Positions 53,897 to 64,000 of a DNA stretch of 64,000 bases are shown piece after piece. Position 1 is the stretch's first letter; the number at the start of each line of letters is the position of its first letter. Where the stretch lies: positions 8,126 to 72,125 of the forward strand of contig QCVM01000001.1 in the NCBI GenBank assembly GCA_003210375.1. Reading direction: 5' to 3'. Origin of the DNA: Synechococcus sp. AG-686-B21. GTDB taxonomy: Bacteria > Cyanobacteriota > Cyanobacteriia > PCC-6307 > Cyanobiaceae. The notes under the pieces were generated by a model that was not told the origin of the DNA, ran no database searches, and saw nothing but the letters and a program-made list of their open reading frames with translations. The translations under genes and the position numbers were made by a program.

Positions 53897-56059
53897 TTAT
53901 TCCTTTTGCTGCCCCAGTAATAAGTGGTGTCTCATTGGGAGTCGTAGACCATCTACTTTTAAGCATTCGAGTTGTTGTCGTAGGGCGGTGAGTGTGGCCG
54001 TATCTATTGGACCCATTGCTTGCCTGTAGTCCGAGGATTCAGATAACCATCGTTCAGCAAGGACATTTCCTCCTTGCAGCGTAAGTATTTCCAACCAACT
54101 CTCTCGTGTAATACACCAACCTTGCGTTTCTAATACTTGCTGAGGGAACCTTTGGGCATCCATCCAATTCTGTTCTTGTTGCATCAGTCTCTTGATGCCA
54201 ATTTCTTTTGGATTGCTGGCGTGTAATGCTGTCGCGGGACCGGCTTCTGCTTGTGTCAGAAGAAGTCGTAGTTGCGTTTTGGGGTGACAATAGGTTCGTA
54301 GCCCTTCTCCTAACACGGACCAATCCATCAGTTGGAGATCTCTGGTGCTGAGGCGACCGCCTATCCATTCAAATGCCTGGCTCTCCTGCAACTCTTCGAG
54401 TCCTCCGCTGAGGAGCTGGGGGCGAAGTTCGTGGTCAAGCAGTTGGATTTGGGCTTCGATGCGATGGCGATCGTCGCGACTACTGCAAAGAATGGTGACT
54501 CCGCCCTCAGGAACGGCACGTAGCGGGTCAAGAGCCCAGATCAATGACCGGGCCCCCAGGATTAAAATGCGGTCATGGCGCTGCCAAGAAACGCCTCCCC
54601 AAAGACGTTCGCGGAGTTGATGTAGCCGTTCCCCTTCTTGTCCGAGTTGACGCTGAATCCAGCGCTCGAGGCCTGGACTGTCGGGTCCACTGCTGAGCAG
54701 AAGTGGTTGATCAGCTTCAAGCTCTGCGGCGGCGGCGAGCTGGGCTGCACGGCGGGCACCCATCCGTTCACGCCGTTGTCCTTCCCAGCCCAGAGTCCCC
54801 GGCTGCCAAAACACCTCGCCTTGCAGTGCCCTGGGCAAATACTGCTGCTCGACCCAATGGTCTGCATAGGCATGCGGATAGCGGTAACCCACGCCATCTC
54901 CGAAGGCGTCGCCATCTCGATTTGCATCGCGTAAGTGGAGTGGAACGTCTTGTCGGTTGGCGTCACGGACGCTCTTAAGGGCATCGAAGAAGCCCAAAAT
55001 GCTGTTGCTCTTCTCCGTCCCTGCTAAGTAAAGAGCGGCTTGGGCGAGGGGGTAGAGCCCTTCTGGGAGTCCGACCCTTTCAAAGGCCGCGGCGCAGGCC
55101 TCCACCACCACCATGGCTTGGGGATCAGCTAAGCCGATGTCTTCGCCAGCGGCGATGAGCATGCGCCGAAAAATGAAGCGGGGGTTCTCACCGGCTTCCA
55201 CCATGCGTGCGAGCCAAAACAACGCTGCATCGGCATCAGATCCCCGCAGCGACTTGATGAAGGCACTGATGGTGTCGTAGTGGGCATCACCCTGTTTGTC
55301 GTAGAGAACAGCGCGCTGTTGAATCGACTCCTCGGCAGTGCTCAGATCGATTGAGATGGTGCCGTTCGTTGCTGGTTCAGAGCTTTCCACCGCTAGTTCG
55401 AGGGCGTTGAGCAGGCTGCGGGCGTCTCCCCCGGCAACATCAACGAGATGGTCCGCGGCATCCGTGTCCAGCACCACTGAGCGATCGCCGTAACCCCGTT
55501 CTTGGTCTGTGAGTGCTCGTTGAAGAAGCTGATGGAGGTCTTTGCGTGCTAAGGGCAAAAGCCGAAAGAGGCGCGAACGGCTGACGAGGGCCTTGTTCAC
55601 TTCGAAGAAAGGGTTTTCTGTTGTGGCTCCAATAAGGGTGACGGTTCCGTTTTCCACCCAAGGCAGAAGGGCGTCCTGTTGTGCGCTGTTGAACCGATGC
55701 ACCTCATCTATAAACAAAATTGTGCGGAGCCCGTGCCGCTCAAGCCGCTGTTGTGCTGCGTCCACTTCGGTGCGTAAATCCTTTACCCCCGCGAGCACTG
55801 CATTCAAATTGCTGAAATGAGCACGGGTGTGGTTAGCCACAATCCTGGCCAGGGTTGTTTTGCCAACTCCAGGTGGACCATGCAAGATCAGATTGCCAAC
55901 TCTGTCTGCTTTGATTGCGCGTTGGAGGAGACGACCTTCTGCCAAGATCCCTTGCTGTCCCTCGAATTCCTCCAGAGTTCGTGGCCGCATGCGATCAGCC
56001 AGTGGTGCAAGCCGCCGCCGCTGTTGTTCTCCGTGAAAGGAGAAAAGATTTTGACTCAC
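53897..56059 (-). CDS. rarA: Replication-associated recombination AAA+ ATPase with C-terminal extension
   Basis: PLADRMRP, GPPGVGKTT, DEVHRF, GATTENP, SAFIKSLRGSD. Confidence 0.9.
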   Translation of the reverse strand: MSQNLFSFHGEQQRRRLAPLADRMRPRTLEEFEGQQGILAEGRLLQRAIKADRVGNLILHGPPGVGKTTLARIVANHTRAHFSNLNAVLAGVKDLRTEVDAAQQRLERHGLRTILFIDEVHRFNSAQQDALLPWVENGTVTLIGATTENPFFEVNKALVSRSRLFRLLPLARKDLHQLLQRALTDQERGYGDRSVVLDTDAADHLVDVAGGDARSLLNALELAVESSEPATNGTISIDLSTAEESIQQRAVLYDKQGDAHYDTISAFIKSLRGSDADAALFWLARMVEAGENPRFIFRRMLIAAGEDIGLADPQAMVVVEACAAAFERVGLPEGLYPLAQAALYLAGTEKSNSILGFFDALKSVRDANRQDVPLHLRDANRDGDAFGDGVGYRYPHAYADHWVEQQYLPRALQGEVFWQPGTLGWEGQRRERMGARRAAQLAAAAELEADQPLLLSSGPDSPGLERWIQRQLGQEGERLHQLRERLWGGVSWQRHDRILILGARSLIWALDPLRAVPEGGVTILCSSRDDRHRIEAQIQLLDHELRPQLLSGGLEELQESQAFEWIGGRLSTRDLQLMDWSVLGEGLRTYCHPKTQLRLLLTQAEAGPATALHASNPKEIGIKRLMQQEQNWMDAQRFPQQVLETQGWCITRESWLEILTLQGGNVLAERWLSESSDYRQAMGPIDTATLTALRQQLECLKVDGLRLPMRHHLLLGQQKE

Positions 56060-56069
56060 TACAGATCTA

Positions 56070-57827
<1,758 letters not shown>

Positions 57828-58309
57828 TCATCGAGTTATGTCCCGATCGCTTCTGATGTTCCAGTTGGGTTGTTTAGATGCCGGCTCAGCTCTGCGGGCA
57901 TCGTCTCATTATTGAAAGCGGGCCATTCCCTTTAAGCATGCGTTCAGCGAGGCTGCTAAGCCTGCCAATACTGTGTTGAATGTTGAAGCAGACGGGCACG
58001 GAGGCGTGACTTAGCGGCAATCTTTCCAACGCCATCGTGCAGTTGTCCAACAGCTGTGACGTTTAGGATCTCTTGCAGTCGGTTTGTTTAATTGTGTCCA
58101 GCATTGCTGGACAGGAGAATGAGCTCAGCATGGGGGAGATGATGACCACCTCGAAGCAACTGCTTTTCATACTCAAGCCTTCGACCACAACTCCTTAACT
58201 TCGACGAGATCGAAGACACTCTTTTGTTCAAGAGGACTTCTTCAAGAGTTCTCCATCAGACAAGCCATGAGTGTTGAAGATTATGCAATTGTGGATCGTG
58301 GATGATCGA

Positions 58310-58687
58310 TTATGTGCGTGCTGGAGCTGGCTCTTTGGATGGTTTGACGAGCTCGCTGCACACTCGTATCAGTCTGCGTGCGGGCTGATCAATGGCATCG
58401 CGTCGTCTGAAGTTGTTTGTGGCTGCAACACGTGCTTCTCCGAAAAGGCTCCAAAGAACGTCTTTGCAAATGACCGGGAGACGGGGGTGATCCATAAGCT
58501 CGTCAGCACGTTTGCGTGTGCGGTCGCAGGGATCTGTGCTGTTGTTCAGTGAGCAGAGAAAGGCTTCCTTTTGCAGCGTTTTCAATGCGTCTTGGTTAGG
58601 CCAAGGCACATATGCAGTGGCTGCAATTGCAGGACTGGCAATGGAGAGCAGTAGCAGCAGCAGGGCTGGCGAGAAATGGAGTTTCAT
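58310..58687 (-). CDS. Conserved exported hypothetical protein (4 Cys)
   Basis: Signal peptide; MDHPRLPVICKD. Confidence 0.75.
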   Translation of the reverse strand: MKLHFSPALLLLLLSIASPAIAATAYVPWPNQDALKTLQKEAFLCSLNNSTDPCDRTRKRADELMDHPRLPVICKDVLWSLFGEARVAATNNFRRRDAIDQPARRLIRVCSELVKPSKEPAPART

Positions 58688-58711
58688 GGAGCTATTTTTC
58701 TGTGCTTTAGT

Positions 58712-58925
58712 TCAGGTGAAATCAAGGTTGTTGATTGTTAGATCAGGAGCACCTTTGAGAATGGCAATGATGCCACCATCGCCAAATCCTTTGTCTGCTC
58801 CATTCTCGTTGAAGTAGAGCACACCTTTCTTGTGGTCATAGAGAAAGTCGAAGTCTTGCTTGGAAAGTTTTGTCTTAACTTCTTTTTTGTTCTTGACAGC
58901 AGCAAAGGTTGCTGAGCTGCTGATC
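58712..58925 (-). pseudogene. Orphan C-terminal domain of an RTX-type secreted protein
   Basis: DFDFLYDHKKGVLYFNENGADKGFGDGGIIAILKGAPDLT; the upstream part of the ORF is antisense of the integrase remnant. Confidence 0.65.
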
Positions 58926-59300
58926 AGTAAGACCTTGAGGCGTGATAGCACCGCAACACATAAAAGATTGTGGTCAGGAGCTAAGACAGGCAAGACAAGT
59001 GTGGTGCCATTAAGTCAGCAGGTCGTGAAGGTGCTGAGGCATCACAGTAAGACGATGCAGTGCCTGGGTCTGAACACGAAGGATGGGTTGGTATTTGTGG
59101 CACCGAGGACCTATGACCATTAATTTGAATAGAGGGTTACAGAAAGTCTGAAAGCGTTCGCATCGGCGGGTAGGACTGACTGCAAGGCGTCTGTACGCCC
59201 AAAGGTACTCGTTTCTGAGTCATTCCCGGTGCTTAGGAATAGTCCTGCTAATTTGGCAGCAGAGCTGGGACCTGACTGGTGCGACAAGGTCGCTGACAGT
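58914..59300 (+). pseudogene. Tyrosine recombinase/integrase remnant (catalytic half)
   Basis: KTGKTSVVPLS..GLVFV, stop, LQKV*KRS.RRVGLTARRLYAQRYSFLSH, frameshift, NSPANLAAELG. Confidence 0.75.
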
Positions 59301-59342
59301 CCTGGAATATAACTACCTCACAAGCCTTCCTGTAAGTCCTTA

Positions 59343-60239
59343 TTAAGTGCTATTTGAGAATCTAGATGCCATGGCAGTTGAATATCCCAGGAGACCGATT
59401 GCTGCAAGCATTTCCACTATTTCCTCTTCTCCTCTAAAAGTAAATCCCCTAGTAAATTCGTGTAAATCGTAATATAGGCAAAGGCTGAAAATACATGCGG
59501 GAATGAAATATATTAAAAGCATTTTGGATGGAGCTATTTGCGCTACGAGATTGACCGCAAAATTTTTCCCCGCGGACCTAGAGAATTTGTCTCCCAAGAA
59601 AGATATTGAAATCACCACTGCAAGAATCATTCCAAATGCAAAATCTGAATGTGTGTCAATAAAGCCAATGTTATGTAAATTAGTCTCGCCTTGAGCATTG
59701 ATTAAAGATATTTCAGCTGGCGTTTGCCAATTAAAAATCATCTGTCCCCAGCTCATTTCTTCCATTGCGACGACGAAACAGCTGGCAGAAAGAAAGTAAA
59801 AGATAATTTTCAATGATGTAGGGCGTATTGATGTGGCGCAATACAAAAGAATGTAGGCTGTTAGTAACAACAATAAAAAAGAAGTCCACTCAATGATGCC
59901 GCCTTCCTGGAGACTTCTTCTGTAAGAGCTGGTACTACCGGCACATACTTTTAATGTTATTATTAGACTGCTTATTAATATTCCTATCTTGAAAAAAATG
60001 AGATTTATGCGATGTTCGCCTCCTGTGGAGTAAATAAGTTTGTTAAAATTAAATTTGAAGCTAATCCATACGAATAAAGTTCCTGCTACGAGTAGCGAAA
60101 AATCTGTAAATGCTAACTCTAGTGAGTTGGAGATTAGCTTTACAGAGAATACGACCATAAGGGCAGATCCGCTCGCGAAAAATAAGATCGTGAAAAGTCT
60201 TCCGATCTGTAGTCTTGGGTCTTTTCTGGAGATGGGCAT
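59343..60239 (-). CDS. AT-rich polytopic membrane protein (EE-x-SWGQ family)
   Basis: EGGIIEW, MEEMSWGQ, NAQGETNLHN, EEIVEM; about 8 TM segments. Confidence 0.8.
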   Translation of the reverse strand: MPISRKDPRLQIGRLFTILFFASGSALMVVFSVKLISNSLELAFTDFSLLVAGTLFVWISFKFNFNKLIYSTGGEHRINLIFFKIGILISSLIITLKVCAGSTSSYRRSLQEGGIIEWTSFLLLLLTAYILLYCATSIRPTSLKIIFYFLSASCFVVAMEEMSWGQMIFNWQTPAEISLINAQGETNLHNIGFIDTHSDFAFGMILAVVISISFLGDKFSRSAGKNFAVNLVAQIAPSKMLLIYFIPACIFSLCLYYDLHEFTRGFTFRGEEEIVEMLAAIGLLGYSTAMASRFSNST

Positions 60240-60419
60240 TTTCAAGGATTGTTGGCTTGCACTGGATTAAGGCAAGATATTATGTATAGCCATGAGGCTA
60301 ACTGTTTGTTCCCTTTATGCAAGTTCCTTGAGGTTTAATAAAAATAAGTTACGCTCTCATGCTGCTAAGAGATTGAGGCACTAATGTTCTGTATCGATAT
60401 GGGTAAACTAACCAATCTG

Positions 60420-60898
60420 TATCAACTCGAAAAAAGTGGATTTGCTTATCTCTCGCGTGATGATATGTTTGAGATCCATGAAAAGATTGATTTTAAGTTC
60501 CACTGTATACGTGAATCGAGCAAAATAATAAGATCATCATTCAGTATTGCACGCGCATGAGCGATGGAGTAAGAAGGTAAAAAGCTTATTACGTCAACTT
60601 CGAAAAATTGGTTTACTCGATATCCAAGTTTGAAGAATATAAAAATAATTTTCCAAAACCCAAAATTTTCGAAAAAGCCATAAATATTGCTCACTATCTC
60701 TCAAGAGGTTTTGACTACATTAGAGTCCATTTGTATATCCTTGAGGATCAAATTTGCTTTGGTTAGTATACTCCCTATCATGCTGCCGGTATCGCCAAGG
60801 TGACATCTGATCAACGCGATGATCTGCTCGGTAAGCACTGGCACTGCAAAGAAATATCTTTCGAGCCGAGCGGTGGCATCAGCAAAATAATTGATTGA
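60420..60898 (+). pseudogene. TupA-like ATP-grasp protein remnant
   Basis: IDFKFHC, frameshift, PKPKIFEKAINIAHYLSRGFDYIRVHLY...ICFG*YTPYHAAG...DDLLGKHW. Confidence 0.72.
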
Positions 60899-61120
60899 AA
60901 TGTGTATCAAAACTATTATATAAATTGCGTCTCAACTTTTCAAAAGTTTCTTCAGGGAAGACAGTAAAAACCTTCATTTAGATCTCAGAGCTACATGTTT
61001 TGCGTAGAGTCAAACATTCTGCCCTGCATTTTTCGTCCAGGAAAGGGTGGTATAAGCCTTCGATTTATTTATGGAGATCACACCGATTAAAGTGTTCCCC
61101 TCTCACCGTGCAATGTCTGC

Positions 61121-61330
61121 CTAATGGGGCATCTCAGATGTTTTCAGCATGGCGATGAACCATAAGGAGCTCAAAGCTAGCGCTACGCCAACGCCCGCTC
61201 CAATCCCGACGCGTGTCATCACAATGGGAACAAGGATTGGAAACACTACCGCTCCAGCGAGGGGGGTCAGGGCAACAAACCAACGCAACCCAGAAAGAGA
61301 TTTTTGTTCAGAGGGGTTGTTCAGAACCAT
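61121..61330 (-). CDS. Small two-TM conserved hypothetical protein
   Basis: WFVALTPLAGA...WFIAMLKTSEMPH; overlaps the stop of the DUF4912 gene. Confidence 0.75.
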   Translation of the reverse strand: MVLNNPSEQKSLSGLRWFVALTPLAGAVVFPILVPIVMTRVGIGAGVGVALALSSLWFIAMLKTSEMPH

Positions 61331-62427
61331 TCAGCTCGTGCTTCGCTTGCAGGGTTGCTGTTGTCGTCAGGGGTTTGACGCTCAAAGTTGAGGGTGATGT
61401 TGCGCTTCTGTTCGCCATCAGCCGCTGTGGCTTCGATTGGATAGAGCTGCTCTCCATCCCGGAATGGAACTTGAATACGGAATGTACCGTCTGCTGAAAG
61501 GGGCACTTCTTCACCACCAATGGTGAGGCGTGCAGAGGGATCAGTGGCTCCATAAACGATCAGCTCGGCATCAGCCACCAGCCAGAACGAGCGTTGGCGT
61601 GAAGCAACACCGCCGAGGCCTGACTCGTTGCGGCCGCTCGCCCATAGGCCAATACCGGAATCGTTGAGTCCAGAACGACTGGAAGCAGAGGAATCGTGGA
61701 ACGCCTCTTGGAATTCCTCAGAGCCCACTCGACGACGACGGAAATGAACAGTGGCGCTTTGGTACAAACGCTCGTGAAGGCCGCTGTCGCTGGTTTCGTT
61801 CGCCGGTGCCGGTGCCAGTGGTGTGGGAGCAGTGGCAGATGGGGCGGGAGCAGGCGATGCGTCCAGGCTGAACGGCACAAATTGATCAAGAATTTGCTCG
61901 CTTGGATGAAGAGCAGGGACTCGGGCAACGGAGGAAAAAGCCAAAGACATCCAACTGTTCGAGATGCGATATCCCAATTCAACCCGGTAGTCGCGGTCGC
62001 AAAGCGGAACAGGTAAGTACCACTCGGTGCTGTGGCTATCGACGGGAACTTCCTGAAGGGTATGGGGGTGAGCACTACCGTCTTGCATGCCAGTGACGTC
62101 GGCTAAGCGCAGACACAAGCGATTCGCTCCTTCCTTTTGTGCATGCTCGCGGTCTCTATCGGAGATCTCCCAGAACACATAGGCCCATTGGGGATCGCGA
62201 GGTAAAAACACCACACGTGTTTCTGTGGTGGAAATGGTGGGAGCATTCAGCTCAGCTTCGATCGCTTTAAGATCTCCACCGCGTTTTTCTTGGCGAACCG
62301 CTACCTCGTCAACGAGGTTCTCCTTGCTCTTGCGGCTGTAGAGCGGTACCCCTAAGTCACTGGCGATTTGACGGAGTTGACGGAGGGTTAGACGTGCCAG
62401 TGATGAAATAGTAGGGGACACGTCCAA
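61321..62427 (-). CDS. DUF4912 protein with Rho-N-like domain
   Basis: LTLRQLRQIA...YSRKSK; LPRDPQWAYVFWE; FWLVADAELIVYGAT. Confidence 0.88.
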   Translation of the reverse strand: MDVSPTISSLARLTLRQLRQIASDLGVPLYSRKSKENLVDEVAVRQEKRGGDLKAIEAELNAPTISTTETRVVFLPRDPQWAYVFWEISDRDREHAQKEGANRLCLRLADVTGMQDGSAHPHTLQEVPVDSHSTEWYLPVPLCDRDYRVELGYRISNSWMSLAFSSVARVPALHPSEQILDQFVPFSLDASPAPAPSATAPTPLAPAPANETSDSGLHERLYQSATVHFRRRRVGSEEFQEAFHDSSASSRSGLNDSGIGLWASGRNESGLGGVASRQRSFWLVADAELIVYGATDPSARLTIGGEEVPLSADGTFRIQVPFRDGEQLYPIEATAADGEQKRNITLNFERQTPDDNSNPASEARAEWF

Positions 62428-62542
62428 AGCTCCAGGTTTAGTTCGGGATCATTTTGAGCCCAAAATTTCAGTTCTGACCCTCGGCACCTTCACTGGTCAG
62501 TGGATGCTGACTCCAATTCTTGGGGATCACAGTCAGAGCCAT

Positions 62543-62569
62543 AAAAAAGGCAGAGCCGAAGCCCTGCTG
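62543..62569 (-). terminator. Terminator after cpcG
   Basis: Minus strand GCAGGGC-TTCG-GCTCTGC followed by a T-run. Confidence 0.8.
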
Positions 62570-62592
62570 TGATTTTGGATGTGTACCGGTCT

Positions 62593-63363
62593 TCAGCGGC
62601 CAATGCTGCGGTAGGGAACTTTTGACAAGTAATCCATTTCCGTGTTGCTGACGTTCCCACGGGTGCTGGGCATGGGCATGTCTTTGATCCAGTCGAGGTA
62701 ATCGCTTGGGGATCCACCGCGTTTGATTTTTGCCCGCGCTGGCAGCGCTTTGCCGGGGCCGCCCATGAACACGATTTGTGGGAAGCCGAGGATGCCTCGG
62801 TAGTACTCGTCGTAACGAGGGCTGGTGATGTTGAAGGGGGTATCGCCAAGTGATCGTCCTGGCAGAACTCGGTTGCGCTGGAAAGGAACTGTGTCATATC
62901 CGAAGGCGTCTAAATACTCAGGGCTGTCAAGCAACACATCCACCAATCCCATGAGGCCTTTGGTGGCAATCACGATCGACCAAGACAGTTCTTCTCCCTT
63001 CCCATTGACCTTGCGGCCAAGGATGCGTTCCGTCAGGTGACGGACCACTTTGTAATTGCTGTTGAACCCATAAAAGCTGCGTTTAAAGGTGTCCGAAAGC
63101 AGCAAGCCACGAATGAAATCACGAACCGTGATTTGCCCATCCTTGAGCTGAGATTCGAGGTTGGAGTCGCGATCCGATTTAAAGGCGTGGAAATAAATCT
63201 GGCGGTAGGCGCTTTCAATCACCGTGTCCAGGTTGTCCCGGTCGTCCGCAATGGCAAAGGAATAAGCCCGGGATCCTTCGTCGGAACCAACTCGAATGTT
63301 CGGAACACCAGTCCTCAAAGAGTTCTGGGTGATCGGTGCATACTCCAGAAGAGGAATGGCCAC
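62593..63363 (-). CDS. cpcG: Phycobilisome rod-core linker polypeptide
   Basis: AIPLLEYAPITQN, AYRQIYFH, ITVRDFIRGL, PRYDEYYR; no C-terminal TM (CpcG1-type). Confidence 0.93.
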   Translation of the reverse strand: MAIPLLEYAPITQNSLRTGVPNIRVGSDEGSRAYSFAIADDRDNLDTVIESAYRQIYFHAFKSDRDSNLESQLKDGQITVRDFIRGLLLSDTFKRSFYGFNSNYKVVRHLTERILGRKVNGKGEELSWSIVIATKGLMGLVDVLLDSPEYLDAFGYDTVPFQRNRVLPGRSLGDTPFNITSPRYDEYYRGILGFPQIVFMGGPGKALPARAKIKRGGSPSDYLDWIKDMPMPSTRGNVSNTEMDYLSKVPYRSIGR

Positions 63364-63470
63364 TAGAGCTTCAACGTCCACTGTTGGCGATCGTAAGGGG
63401 GGCGCCGGTTCCCTTGACTGCCGTTGTTGCAGCGATCACATCCCGTAATAGTTCGCCTAAGTACTAATAC

Positions 63471-64000
63471 TTACCAGCCAAACGGTGCGAGTTGGGTCGC
63501 GGCAGCCCCAGATGCTGCGGTTTTCGACGATGCGTCGTCCAACTGGCGGGTCTCCATGCAAAAGGAGGCGTTATTGGAGAGTCCTTGAACGGTGCTTGTC
63601 CGCAGTCGAAGGTTGGGCCCCGCGAACCAAAAGCGTTCCAAGGAACTCATCATTTCGTAGTCGGTCGTGAGGATCAAGCCGTTGTCGTCATCCATGCGGA
63701 ATTGGCCAGCGACTGGGGCTTTCTCGGCATAGCCCCGATCGCGCAACAGCAAGCCATGGCGCCCAGCGTCATCACTCGGGATCAGTCCAAACATGGTTTG
63801 GTCTTCATGGGACTCTCCGGCACGGTCCCAGGCCATGGAACCGCTCCAGCGAACCCAACAACCTCCAATGATTCGGCTGACGTCTTGGTCATTGCATTTG
63901 GCGATTTCGGCAAGGCGCTCATCGCCTTTGAGCAGCTCTTCCACAACGATGAAGGACGCCCCGGCTTCAGCGCGACGGTGGAGCAAGTGGTGTTGGCTGC
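63471..64000 (-). CDS. cpcS: Phycobiliprotein lyase, CpcS/CpeS family (5' end outside window)
   Basis: RDRGYAE, ERFWFAGPNLRLRTS, SFCMETR; next to cpcG. Confidence 0.85.
   Translation of the reverse strand, partial: SQHHLLHRRAEAGASFIVVEELLKGDERLAEIAKCNDQDVSRIIGGCWVRWSGSMAWDRAGESHEDQTMFGLIPSDDAGRHGLLLRDRGYAEKAPVAGQFRMDDDNGLILTTDYEMMSSLERFWFAGPNLRLRTSTVQGLSNNASFCMETRQLDDASSKTAASGAAATQLAPFGW

Noticed and set aside
60446..60910. Minus-strand ORFs 60446-60694 and 60701-60910
   Set aside because: They are antisense to the ATP-grasp remnant, whose motifs are on the plus strand
58700..61100. Active prophage or integrative element
   Set aside because: The integrase is fragmentary with stops; no att repeats, adjacent tRNA, phage or transposase genes were seen
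63458..63471. AAGTACTAATACTT as a LexA or NtcA site upstream of cpcG
   Set aside because: It matches neither RGTAC-N3-DGTWC nor GTA-N8-TAC; too short to support

Overview
This window is mostly core genome of a marine picocyanobacterium, probably Synechococcus. The evidence is the cyanobacterial rRNA operon (16S, tRNA-Ile, tRNA-Ala, 23S, 5S), zds, psbU, petL, hli and the phycobilisome genes cpcG and cpcS. About 65 housekeeping or conserved hypothetical CDSs tile it tightly, and two are absent from the ORF track: petL (13659-13751) and a partial TPR-like gene (1-153). Accessory or unexplained sequence is limited to five places. (i) A decayed islet at about 57.7-61.1 kb holds an orphan RTX-type C-terminal tail fused to a tyrosine-integrase pseudogene, an intact AT-rich membrane protein gene and a TupA-like ATP-grasp pseudogene. 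(ii) A stand-alone mini RTX-like gene with a palindrome-rich upstream region sits inside a possible pterin-related cluster (tandem queD, RibD_C reductase, GNAT, DUF4346). (iii) A 14-bp tandem repeat array lies upstream of the xseAB operon. (iv) A cluster of small genes includes a core-less Nif11-like peptide and a ribbon-helix-helix protein. (v) An AT-rich gene lies between bcp and rarA. I found no CRISPR array, intact mobile element or defence system, and no novel system can be established from sequence alone. All family assignments are from recognition of motifs by eye, not from database searches.
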